A stretch of DNA of 55,946 nucleotides, counting the filler, from Platydemus manokwari (Eukaryota), in NCBI GenBank assembly GCA_037951405.1. It is 5 parts of 5 records of this genome, joined end to end, with 100 filler letters (N's around TTAATTAATTAA, not from the genome) between each part and the next. Parts side by side here need not be neighbours in the genome. Positions count along the whole stretch, not along the records: positions 9,622 to 20,450 come from JBBMOY011102665.1; positions 20,551 to 34,391 come from JBBMOY011599186.1; 3 more parts are not named here. One strand, given 5' to 3'. Within the stretch, counting starts at the first letter, position 1, and each line of letters begins with the position of its first letter. The position numbers and the translations under genes are program-made. Positions 13,481 to 26,260 of this stretch are shown here, in pieces. The notes under the pieces are model-generated. The model saw only the letters and a list, made by a program, of their open reading frames with translations. It ran no database searches and had not been told where the DNA came from.

Positions 13481-14329
13481 GATTAAATTATTGATCATAT
13501 GAGGAATGGTATTAAACGAATAAATTTCAGCACTTTCAATTGAGAATTGAAAAACGTCTATAGTTCATAAATTTGATAATATTTCAATAAATAATATATA
13601 AATAAATGATTAATGCAAAAGAATGAATTTATTACAGAAAATATATTAATGAGGAAGGAAATAACATTGATAAACTTGATTCTTTATGTACATCAATAAT
13701 TTCCATGATAAATAATAATAAAAAAATAAAAATATATTAAAATATATCTTTGAAAAGTTTAAAAATTTGAAGTTTATAGAAGGAAAAATGTATGTAGAAT
13801 TTGTAGAAATGATGAAGAAAAGATTGGGTGTTCAGGGATAAATTTATAAGACATAAGATACAAAGTTATATCAGCTTGTTAACTTTCTTAATTTAAATAA
13901 TTCAATATATATTTCAAATTTAAATTTCCTTGATAAGCAGGCGGGGATATAAATTTGAAAAATTTAGTTTTGTGTTTTTTGTTCAATATGTTGGAGGAAA
14001 AGCAAATAATATAGTAACAAAAGATGGAACTGTTTTCTTGGATAATAATCATGGAACAGAATTTATATTAGTTGATAAATTTTATTTTCTCTATTTGAAA
14101 AAGGAACGAGATTCCATGACTACAAAACCTAGATTATTAATTTATTAATTTAATAAACCATAAGTTAATGTGTTTTCTATTTACTTAAATAATGGATTTC
14201 TTAAAGAATTAAAGATTTCATAAAATTAATTTATTTATGGGAAATATATTTCCAAATAGACCACGAAAGATTAATTTATTAAGTTAAATAAAATAAATAA
14301 AAATATATCAAGATTGTTCATATTGTTTG

Positions 14330-15815
14330 TTTTAATATCAAGTCCGTCAGTTAAATATAATGGTTTTTATGCGATTCTCACAAAAAATCTCTTAGACAAA
14401 ATTATCTAACACTAATTTATTAGTTTTTGATAATTAAATATCATGTTTATTAGAATCAATTCTCATAACGTCTGTTAGGGTGATGCATAAATGTTATTAG
14501 TGATTGCGAAACTATCAGTTGCTACCAACCATTTAACCTCCCATGATCTGATTACATCATCAGAAATGTAATGATATATAAAGTTTTAATTGCTGTAAAT
14601 AAATGTTCCCTTATTTAAAGGTCTTGTGATTAATATGTTGACCAACGTCCAGAATTTTAATAAACATCCTGAACAATTGAAGTCAAAAGATGATTTGGAC
14701 AAGTTCATCATCGAAATGAAGAGATTCTTCGAATTGACACCACTATCAACAGAATTTGAAGAAATACTGGTAAAGGCTTTTCTCTCAATAGGACTGCTAC
14801 CAATATTCGAGGCCACTAAAGGAAAAGGTCTTGAAGAGAGGCTTAGAAAAGCATTCGAGATCTTGATGCAGCATTAAGATACCGGAAAGGAAAGGAAGAA
14901 AACTGTAATCAATTCTTCGAAAGAATCGAGAAGTTAACAGACTATATTCTGCGACATAAATTAACCAAGCCGTCATTATGATGTTTCTGACTCAACACGC
15001 AATTGAGAATATGGAAATAAAGAAAGAGATGAAAATGCGGGACATAAAAACAGTGCATCAAGCGAAAGATATCATTCAGAATATGGAAGACATCCAAAAA
15101 GAAACCGAGAGAGAAGAATTTCCTCAACTCAAAAAGTGTCACATTCAGATATAAAAAGGAATGCTAAGCAATTGAATGAAACGAAAAGGCAGTCACTAAT
15201 TGGATAATATCGGAACACGTGGAAAGAAACTCGACCATGCTGACATTGCGGTTAACTCGAACACATCAGAGCTTAATGCAATAATGTACATTGTCTTGAC
15301 TTTGGTAGAAAAGGCCATTTTCAATACAAATGCAATACCAAACACTCCAGAGGAAATGATAACAGTGCACCCCCACAACGACACTTCGAGAACTTTCAGA
15401 ATCGAGAAAGACGAGATCCACAGTCGAAAGAATCATTTAATTCAAAATCTAGAGAGCAGAAACAATTTAATGCCATAAATGACTATGGTTGAAAGATTTT
15501 GAAAGAGAAGGGATGTGAGGGAGATGCATAAATGTGATTAGTGATTGCGAAACTATCGGTTGATACCAACCATTTAAGTTCCCATGATCTGATTACACAA
15601 TCAGAAATGTAATGATATATAAAGTTTTAATTGCTGTAAATAAATGTTCCCTTATTTAAAAGTCTTGTGATTAACAATGTTTATATAATATTTTTTATTA
15701 TTAAATAAACCTTTTTTAAATAAATTCACATTAATTTCTTTATCTATTGCTGCTTTCATAATCCCTTTATTTATAATTTTTGAATTGCTATTATATTTTG
15801 CAATAATATTTTGAC
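14330..15815 (-). pseudogene. Polinton protein-primed polB C-terminus, split by an LTR insertion
   Basis: Removing 14473-15676 plus one TSD copy gives the in-frame sequence KIINKGIMKAAIDKEINVNLFKKGLFNNKKYYINIMRIDSNKHDI*LSKTNKLVLDNF, the typical pPolB KG..K / I.S.KH.I....NK..L C-terminus. Confidence 0.7.
14473..15676 (+). mobile_element. Internally deleted non-autonomous LTR retrotransposon with two 163-bp LTRs (14473-14635, 15514-15676)
   Basis: TG...TA/CA termini. About 11 mismatches over 163 bp by manual count. PPT GAAAGAGAAGGGA precedes the 3' LTR. Decayed gag-like interior. Flanks ACGTC/ATGTT form a degenerate 5-bp TSD. Confidence 0.92.
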
Positions 15816-15824
15816 CTTGTTTTT

Positions 15825-16965
15825 ACCACCATGTCTCGTACTGTCCTAATCACCCTTTTAACCAAGCAATTTGCCTGATGTTGGTATGTTGAGGTAAATT
15901 CTTGCTTTATTCAAAAAGGTATCACTAATTCTTTCATTTCACTTCTCTCGAAGATCCAATTATCAATGATGGACTTGAAATTACTGATCTCGACTTGTCA
16001 AATAAGTTGCACTAAGCTTAATAAATTGCTGAATCTATCTACAATAACCAACAGATATTTAGTTTTAGTCATTAAATGCCAAAGTGCAAAAAATCAACAG
16101 CGATCTGTTTCTGAGAACTAAACTCTTCTCTTAGAATCATAATTTCTTTTGTTTGTCCAGTATATACCTTCGTCTAGCAAAAATATCACGATTCCGTACT
16201 TAGGTTTCAAAGTTTCGCCACATATTTGGCCAGATGTAAATCTTCAATCAATTTCTTATTGCTGATATGGCACAATTCCACATAAAGGTATCTAGTTAGT
16301 TTCTGTGAATGAACCTCTGGCACGACAATTCACTTCTTTCTATTCTCATTATACACCACCATATCTTCAAACAATTCACATTTCTCTTAACTGTAAAAAT
16401 ATTTGCTTTTTTGACTGCTACATTGACTTCTCTTTCGGTTTTCTGTAACCATTTTCAAATGGAACCAAAGACAGTATCTTCTTGTTGAATCTTGCCCAGG
16501 TCGTCTTTGTTTGCAATTAAATTCTCAATAACATTAATAAAATCTTTGGCTTGCTTTCTTTAAAACCTTGGCGCTGAGTTAAGCACGGTGAACAAAATGC
16601 TTCTTCTATCATTGAGAGTCCATCTGCTTTTCCATGAAGTTCGGAAATTAAATATGGATAAGTTTTCAAACTATATTTAAAACTGAAGGCTAATCGGTTT
16701 GTTAGTTTTCTTCATGTTAGTCAAGCCTTCGTGTGAGTCATAAAATTACTTTTAAATCTTCAACCTTGTCGCACACTGTTTTGAGACGTGGGAAAGTTTT
16801 CAAATACCATTTTTCAAGCTCCTCATTTCAAACAAGGTTTTAAAACTTCTGAATTTTTGCTCCAGTTGTTTGATATAATCTCGCAACAGCATCACAAATG
16901 CGAATGATAGTTCCATATGATTCAACGTGGCTAGATATTTGGTTGTTTGAAACTATTTTCAGCAT
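15825..16965 (-). mobile_element. Ty3/gypsy pol remnant (RNase H-integrase)
   Basis: Decayed motifs HGKADGLS, YIWPNM, IAVDF and LVIVDRFS appear in the minus-strand frames. Confidence 0.75.
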
Positions 16966-17030
16966 CTTGGATTGATTATTCGAAGAATATATAATATTAG
17001 TTTATTTAATACCCCTTCCCACGTTAAAAA

Positions 17031-18151
17031 TGTAGTGTTGGGGATCCGAGAAAAACAGACTTAAAGACAATGCATGTTATGATATCGATGTATATTTGTA
17101 TTACTTTTTATTAATATGTAAATAATGGGATGTGCAAAATATTACTTTACCTTTTTTATTTTTATTTATTCCTGTTAAAAGAATAACGGATAATATTAAT
17201 TGGAAAAGTTTTAGTCGTTAATAATAATAATACTTAACCAAGATAGTTTAAAGAAAATTCTGGTTATAAATTGAAATATTAAGTTGAAAATATTAAATAT
17301 TTCGATTAAAGGTAATAGTAGTAAAAATCCTTTTATCATATTTTAATATGATAATAATTTAGAATTAAAATTCGGTTAATATTTGGATAAAAATTTAGAA
17401 TAAATTTGGAATAAATTGATAAAATAGGATTAATTAAAGTGAAAATATTTAAATTATTTTCATTTTTTAACTTAACGACTGAAAAATCCAATTATCCAAA
17501 CCCTTATTTTTCCTGAATTTCCCGAAATTACTCTTACAATAAAATGAAATGTAACAATTAAACCCGCATGGCAACCAATACAGAGAAGGGAATTCTTGTG
17601 AATTGTGAAAATTCGTCACAATAAAGAATAAAAGCAACCCGCATATTTTTATTCGTCCCGAATAAAACCTCATTATCATCAAAACCATATATAAGGCAGC
17701 TAAAAAATCATATGCCTTTGCCCCCGCCTGTTACAAAACAAGCCCCTGAAACCACTAGAATAGTGCATAGTGAAGATTCGCGAAGATAGAAGACTCGAAG
17801 TTAATTATCGCCGTCAAAGCCGCCAATTTTTCTGCAGCCGTTGTTCCAGCATATGCCCTATATATCTTATAGGAAGAGTATTGAATAATACTAGCGATTT
17901 CCGAAGTGAAGATCACGCAAGAGTAATCATCATATTTTGCACATCAAATTATCCCAACGTTAATTGTATATTCGTAGTAATTCATAACCATAATTGTATA
18001 ATAGTATTGTATAAGTAGTAATTTATAATCATAATTGTATAATTGTAGTCACAATATAAATTTAAAACCCTAATTTGAGTTGACTTAGTGAATTGTTATA
18101 AGGTATCACAATTTCATAGTAGTGATCGTCATTGTCATACATCACCTTTTA
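17031..18151 (+). repeat. Long (~1.1 kb) LTR-like repeat followed by a structured leader
   Basis: Starts TGTAGTGTTGGGGATCC. Its 3' half is similar to 22270-22800 (ATATGCCC.., GAGTTG.CTT.., CATTGTCA..CATCACCTTTT, AAGAGACTGA). Confidence 0.55.
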
Positions 18152-20450
18152 CGTTTATTGGGAATAATTTTGATTGATTAAAAGAGACTGACTTAAAATA
18201 CGAGTAAGGACCGAGTTAAAGTGAATAGTGTAAAAATTAATAGGATAAAGTTAAAGTTAAAATACCAAAAATCGATTACTACGCCGATCCACTTATCGTC
18301 ATATAAGAAGTGATCGTCGAGGCGAAAGAACATCAATAATCATAAGGTTTCACTGCTACCTGAGGGTCAATAACGGACTCAGATCACTGATTAAGTCGTA
18401 GAATCGAGTCAATCAATTAAAACAAACAAATAATAATAACAAGAAAAGAGAGTGACCCCAAAACGCAAAACACAAGATAACGATAAATCTGTGTTGTTTA
18501 TTGTTAATTGATTAAGTTAATTGATTGTCACTCCGTGTACCTTATCATCATATAAGAGTTACGATCGAGGCGAATTGTAACTTTAATATTTTTTTAGGTT
18601 TTTGTAGTTAACTGACATGTGATGAATTAAATTGGGAATGATTTTAGAAATTGTAATATTAAATTATCAACTCATTCAAAAGGAAGGCTTATTTGCTTGG
18701 ATTTCGGAACAGTGGGGGCCAGAATATGAATAATAAATTATATCCGGGTACAGACACAAATTAAGAAATTGGATTTATATCAACTAACACTCAATAAATT
18801 AATAAAACCACAGACATCAGGTGTGGAAGATATAGGAGAGGTATTAACAACAGGACAAAAATGATATAAAGAAAATTATAACATGCACGAAAGCAATGTT
18901 TAATCTCTAAACAAAATATTGCTAACGTATTACTTTTTGTCGAAAGAGTAGCACTGTGAAAACTGAAATATATTTATGATAAGTTTGTCCAGACTAAAAT
19001 CAAAAGCTATAAAGGCCTCAATGCAATCTGTAATTGATTGACAGATCATATTCAGTTAAATTGTACATTGAGCTAGGTAAATTAATCATTTCCAATAAAT
19101 AACTGTCATACTTTAAAACGTCTGCACACATTTACGCACTTCAGATTTGCTCCATTTTTTACCGTTGATTATCGATTATGAAAATAAAACTATAATTAAA
19201 TATATTGTGTCATTCCCAACAAATTCCGAACTTCAAAATTTTTCTGGCATTATTAGAATTTTAATAATTGATATTGAATATTTAAATTAATTTAATCATT
19301 AAATACCTCGATAACTGTGATATAATTAATTTTTCGTGATCCTTTCGAATCCCTTTTCTTCAGTCCTGTTTGATTTACATATACTATTGTACACGATCTT
19401 CAGAAAGTGTATTCAATGTGATATTTTTCACTTGTGTTACCATTTTTATTATGAATTATAATTCAAATTTTCTTAGATATAAAAATACAATTTATGTTTA
19501 TGATAATTCTAGGTCATATGCCGACAATGCGTCATCATTTACTGATCTTATTTCGGCACTAATATATTTCACTGAATTTGATAATTTTCACATTATCAGT
19601 TATTACAATAACAATAAAGTAATTCATATATTTATTAATGAAACAGTGTGTAAAACATACTTCAATACAAATAAAAAATGTGACAGCAATTCCTGGTTAA
19701 ATAAAATACAATATAAGAGTAATAATAATGAGTTAATTGTTTAAATTGAATACTACAAGAACATAATACAACAAACATTCTCAATTAACATTACATATAT
19801 TGACGAATTAAAATTAAATAACATTAAAATAACAAAAAAAATAACAAAACACCTGAATATTGAATTCTCTTCAGAAATAAATTATACAATGGATCCACCA
19901 ATTTAAGAGTGGTGTATAGAATCTACATTGATAATAATTATTTCTCATTGATTATATTGATCCTCCAAATGTGTACCATTTGAAATTTGAATACAAACAA
20001 TCAATGGCTTATGGTAACTAACAAATCCACAGCCAATATCCTATTGATGTTGTTTATAGGATTTCTCGAGAATTCAGATACTCAGGTGAATGCAAGATTA
20101 ACAAAATCAAACTGTTTCAGATGCTTTGTCAAAATTTGAGTATGTAAGCAGTCTGACATGTAATGGAACTTGATCATCGATTACTGAAAATAAAGCTATT
20201 TATAAGTAATGTAATGAACTAATAAATAAATGAAACTGGATTATTATTATTCAAAAATAATAACTGAAAGTATTTCGTCACACGTATCATTGGATCCCAA
20301 ATTGTAATTGTTAGCCGCTACTATTTTAAAAACCACACATTAAAAACGAACCGAAAAGTCAAGATACCACAAGTCTATTTTAATAGAAATATTTAAACAA
20401 ATTAATCTAATTTTATATAAATATGATTTTATATTAATGTCTTTAAAATC

Positions 20451-20550
20451 NNNNNNNNNNNNNNNNNNNNNNNNNNNNNNNNNNNNNNNNNNNNTTAATT
20501 AATTAANNNNNNNNNNNNNNNNNNNNNNNNNNNNNNNNNNNNNNNNNNNN
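20451..20550. other. Assembly spacer
   Basis: N run with TTAATTAATTAA linker. Confidence 0.98.
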
Positions 20551-21929
20551 TTCTACATCATTATTTAAAACATATGATTAAATAATTGAATAATTATTAT
20601 TAATAAAAATATATGCAATTAAATGTATTATTTTTCACATTTTTAATTATTTGATGAAAAATAATTTAAATCTCATTGAATTTAGATTTAAACACTAATT
20701 TTTAAGTAAGAATTCTTAATTTTAGTTTTTATGGACCAATTATTAACTTTATGTTCACAAAATCGACACCAAAGTTAAGAACAGTAAACATGACAGGTAA
20801 ATACAATAACAATTTTTTAATACAATGATTTTATTTTTCTACAATAGGAAAATATGTTTTCTGTATTCTTTTCCTACAGTTTTTACCTCTATTTTGTCTA
20901 ATCAATTATCTTTATAGTAAACCATAGTTGCACTAAGAAATGACCAGCTTAGATTTTTGTTCTTTGTGGATTATTGATTCAGAGATAGCAATAATGTAGG
21001 ACGTAATTCAAAGCGCGATTTCTTATGAATAAATAATTATGGTAATTTGCTCAATTTTAGATATTATTTATACTGATTATCTATTTCTGTTTACTTCTTA
21101 TTACTTAAGTTTTCTATTTTTATCATTTTGAATGCAATTTTTAGGTTTTGAATTTGTTTTTAGCTATATCAGATATAATTATTTATTATTTTTATTTTAA
21201 TTTTTTATTCTTCAATCTATAATGTTTTTCACTTTTAAATTATATTTTTTTAACTACTAATATATGGAATGAATCATTTGTAAAATTATTTATAATATTA
21301 CTAGTATTATTATTGGGATTAGATTTGACATCTAACAATATTAACTAGATCCAGAAAACCGTCGATTTCTAAATATCAGTGTAAATGGAAGCAAAACGTT
21401 GACACTCGTGATTCCATTTCAAACGACTGGTAAAAACTGGTAAATGGGATAGTTGTTTAGATTGAGATATTGATTTTGATTGTAAGAAAATTATTTTTGA
21501 CTTAGAGATTGGAGAGTGAGTGAGATTGATTGTTGTATTGATCGCCAATTAGAGTATAGATATTAGAGAGGTTGAGATTGGATGCTATCAAAATTGGATT
21601 GGTACTTTCGAAATTTGGTTTTTTATATTTGAAAGATGAGAGATTTAAAAGATAAGTGTTATTTTAAAAGATGGGTGCTATCCTTGACATGATAACGAAC
21701 CTATTAGTTATATTTAGTGACCATGTCTTTAGTTCAATATTGTATTTCGGTAGCTTATAAGTGAATAAAAAACTGAAATACTGTTGGGTTTTTGGAACAT
21801 TTAATTTTTATGTGCATGGAATTTTTATTAAGTGTATAAAATTAGCGAATTTTATTACTAATTATATTTTTTCATATTTTATTTTTCTTCATTCTGGACA
21901 AAAGATTAACAAAAATATAAATCGAATTC

Positions 21930-22860
21930 TTAAAAATTGAAATAGAATTCTTAATATGAATGATTATGTAAATAAAATCAAAAATCATTAATTAGAACCA
22001 TTTACAATAAACCATAAATATAATAATAACCCAAACAAATTTCACCAAACAACTAAAAATTGCCATCATTAAAAATACGCTGTTATTAAAATCCACCGCA
22101 TAAAAATAAATTACCCTTATTTTTAATAAATGAAATTCGGCTGGCAACAAGAAATAAACCCTGAATAAAATAAATTCCATTTATTAAATAATAAAGAACA
22201 TCAATATCCACCCATATAATGCGATACCAACCAGCATATAAAAGAAATTCATTTGGATTAAAATAAAAAGTGCCCGCATTTAATTGAAATTCGCCATCAA
22301 TAAAATCCCGTATAAATAGGCCCTTAAAATCAATAGGTCTTGCTCCAATATTAGAAACCACTTGCGTAGAGTGCTAGTGATCAAAGATTCAAATTATTCG
22401 TTGCCGAAGTCAATTTCCCTGTTGGCAGTATATGCCCAGATTTATCTAGAGATTCAATAGTAATAATTGATAATCAATTTATTCGAGAAGAAGTCCTTGT
22501 ATAAATGGTTCTACTCCTCTTGGGAGCATTCTTAACCGGAACCTTTGTCCAGAATTGTGCTAAAAATCTTGTCGTTTCAGTGTATAAAAATATTGTAATA
22601 TTTAAGCATACTTGTAGTAATTTATAATAATAGTATAAAAGTAGCCATTAATTGTATAAAAGTAGACCTTTGTAGTTGTAATTTAGTAGCAATAAAAGTT
22701 TTAGTAAACGTAACCGAGTTGGCTTTTAGATTTGACAAGTGTCATAAAGTTCATTTCATTAGTTTAATAGAATCATTTCATTGTCAACTCATCACCTTTT
22801 TAGAAGGGTGTAAAGAGGCGTATAATAATAATTTCAAATAAGAGACTGATAAAATCAAAA
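21930..22860 (+). repeat. Diverged second copy of the 17.0-18.2 kb LTR-like family
   Basis: Shares motifs in the same order with 17690-18200; boundaries approximate. Confidence 0.5.
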
Positions 22861-25297
22861 GCAATATCATTGAGCCGTTCATCCCAACCTCATACGAGGA
22901 TTGACACGATCTACAATCTAAATCATCAAATATCTATATTCTGTAATTAATTTTCCTGTTTATACAGCAGGCGCAAACCAAATTGAAAATTTATTTTGCC
23001 ACAATACCATGAAGGAATTTATAAATAATCACTTTCCAAATATATCTGTCGTTCATACCACATTTTTTGTCAAAGTTTATTGTTTTTAAAAAAATACAAT
23101 TTTCTAAAATAAAAACATTTGCTCTCTTATAATTGATTATTTATCGATTATCAATTGACACTGAATACTGAAAACTAGAATCAAAATGAATTACAAATTC
23201 AACTAGTCATCAGATACAATTAGTAATCACAACAAATCAACAATAGACATCATTCAAGGTGGGATCTGCAACTGAAAGTTGAATACCAAACAGAAGACAA
23301 CCACGAAGATTGGTTATCAGAAAATTCACGTAAAAGTCACACAGAAAGGCCGTTACAAAAGTTTAACAAGTACTAGTTGCAAATTATTAGAACTGGTAAG
23401 TCCGAAAGATTGCTCAAAGATACAGATAATAATAATAAACCATAAACGCTATACATATTATTGGCATTATTATATCTTGATAAAGATAAAACCCAAATTC
23501 ACAACAACAAACTTATCGGTCTTGAATTTGAAGATAAAACGGAATTCAGGAGTTTTATAACAGTGTAGGGGTTGACAATAATGAGGGTACAATGTCAAAA
23601 TGGTTTCACATAATTAAATGTGATTGTAATCATCCTGATTAACTATATTTTAGAGAAAAAGAAAAAATTGTGCCCGTACTTTATCATGCTTCCTAATTAT
23701 GTCAACTGATACAACCACGATGCATCAAACACATATCCACAATGACATAATCAACCGATTACGAATACGAATTTTTCAAAAATTTATGAAAATAAAAGTA
23801 AGTTTTCGTATTTATTTTTTCCAGTTTTTCATTAATTTCGTGACTATTTTATTAATAATTTATTCAACTTTAGTAACATTATTCGTAATGGATAAAATGC
23901 TAATATAAATTAATTTTTTTGTGAATTTCGTTTACAATAGCTCAATTAACTCAGCTAAAAATCAACAAAATAATAAAATCTGAACAAAACAACTCCATTT
24001 ATAACCAGATTAAATTCATAGAAAGTTTGATTTATAGCACTAATTCTTTCAATCATAATTTATTCATTCATCAACTCCAATTATGATCCAATCCTAATTA
24101 CAAGCCTATAGCGCCTTTCAACTCAAGGCCAATAGTTGCATCAATCATTCAAATTTCATTTACTGAACAGTTATGAGTGATTTTTATAAGCTTGTGCTCG
24201 GTGTTTTGTTTGAATTGCATGAAAATTTAACTGGAAATTTAGTCAAGATTTTACACTATTAACCGCATTTTTATTGTTCCTCTTATTTCCTTTCAAAACA
24301 ATAATCGTAACAAATTTAATTGCTTTGAACCTTAAAGCTGTATTTTATTTTGATATCAATACAAATGGTTTTCTTATTAATAACCATTTACAACATCCTG
24401 CTTTTATAATCACATTATAGTCATAATTGTTATCTGGCAGTGTGCGTTTGATTTGATGTTCACTTATAGCTCAATATATTCTTGAAATAGCTGATGTTCA
24501 TATCAAGCGCAGAAGTTCTTTTGGGAACTCACCGATAGAAATCAATATCAACCCAGTATACTTATAAACTGTGAAAAAACCTGGGTTACTCAGAGTTGTA
24601 CATTTAACAATTAGGTTTAAGCATACGCTATTATCAGACATATTAAAATAGCCCAGCAACATTTACCGTTAGAAGAACATACCACTGATTTTGGTATCTG
24701 TAATAACTTTAGCACCTTAATCAATCGGAGATATGTTAAATAATGACCAGATATGATGCAGATCATCATACATTCAACTCATCATATATTATTAACGATA
24801 ATATTATTTTAAACTTTATAGTTCTTGAAACACTTTTTATTAAAGTCTTTCCTTCGATAATATTTAAAAAATATATCTTGTTAATTAACTAATTACTATT
24901 CAATATACACGAATGACCTCGACACACATGATTACGAACAATTTTGTAAAACGAAATCAGTTAAGCAAACTTGAAAGTGTGTAGCTTCTATTAAAATTCA
25001 ATTAACAAATAATAGCTTATTAAACAATTTCATTCTCTTTTAACTGTCATAAATTATAATATCAAAATAATTTTAAATATCTTAAACCAAAATTTTAATA
25101 AATTATTTTAATTAAAATTCTTAAATAAAAATAACAATCCCAAAACTTTAATTCTTTACGAAATTAATTATACATGTAACAATACTGAACTAAAAAATCT
25201 TAAATTACCAGTACCTGGATTTTTAAAGTTATTAGTGGAATTATCTAAGTATTTACACAAAACAAGAAATATCTTTTAAAAATACACACCAAAAGTA

Positions 25298-25554
25298 TTA
25301 TTGATCTTTTTTATTTTCCACTAAAGAAGGTTCCTAAACACAAAATTAACGCAAATAAGGTAATAACAAAATCATACTGTATCGCCGTCTTTTAGCAATG
25401 GTTCATCATTTTTAGTTTTAAGTTCATCATTCTTGACTTCATCATCTTGTTGTTTAATTCTATACTTTTCAAAAAACATCCCCAAAATTGGTCGAAAGAA
25501 ACGATGAAATATCCATAACAAAATTGGAATAACGATACATGGAAGGCAAACCAT
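25298..25554 (-). CDS. C18orf32: UPF0729 / C18orf32 homolog, 2 exons (25554-25378, 25333-25298), 70 aa
   Basis: N-terminus MVCLPCIVIPILLWIFHRFFRPIL is the family signature (MVCIPCIVIPVLLWIY.KFL.P). A 44-bp GT-AG intron leads to the final exon EPSLVENKKDQ*. Confidence 0.9.
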
Positions 25555-25969
25555 TGTAGATATTAGTTCATGTAATATGAAATAATTAAAGTAATTAACT
25601 AAAACAAACAATTTTAAAGATCTGGAAAAAATTAAATTCAATATTCATAGAATAGATGAACATTTTGAAAATATCGATTAATTTCAAACTATGTTAATAA
25701 TAATTCTAATAAAACTTTATTTATTATAATATTTTTAGTATTGTTTGAGAAAACCTTAAATTAAAATTAACCAATTGAATAAACTTTTAACTTACGAAAT
25801 GTTAACATGAATCAATTATGAATATGTTTATATATGAAATAAATGGTTAACGATTTCGAAAAACATGTGCACTAGAGAGTCTAATCTTTTTAAATGAAAA
25901 GATCTCTATTTTTAAATGGCTAAATTGGTTGTATTATATTTAATAGAAATTCGCCCTAATAAATCTAAT

Positions 25970-26260
25970 AATGTATTATAATCAAACTTTCATCGAAAAT
26001 CTACAATAAAAAAATACCAAACTTTATTAATAATTAGGTAAAGGTTTCTCAAAATAAATATAAGAAATACTATATATGTTAGAGAAATCAAATAATAAAA
26101 AAAAATGTATAATAAGTACCTGAATTAGTAAAAAATTAAATAGAAATCCTAAAAATAATAAAAATAAAATTTGAAATACATAAATAATCATAATATTTAC
26201 TATGTGTAAAATGAGAATCACTCTAATAGAATATGAGCAAAGATTAATAAAAATATATTT
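25970..26260 (+). pseudogene. Highly decayed Polinton polB N-terminal fragment
   Basis: GKGFS...NPKNNKNKILKY...NENHSNRI parallels GSGW...NVRNNDNRCFIY...NEHSERV at 49425-49826. Confidence 0.35.

Noticed and set aside
18370-18392. GACTCAGATCAC resembling the mitochondrial 16S rRNA 3' motif
   Set aside because: Only ~11 nt match and no flanking rRNA similarity
19370-20230. Degenerate Asn/Cys-rich ORF, possible secreted-protein pseudogene
   Set aside because: No recognisable family and multiple stops
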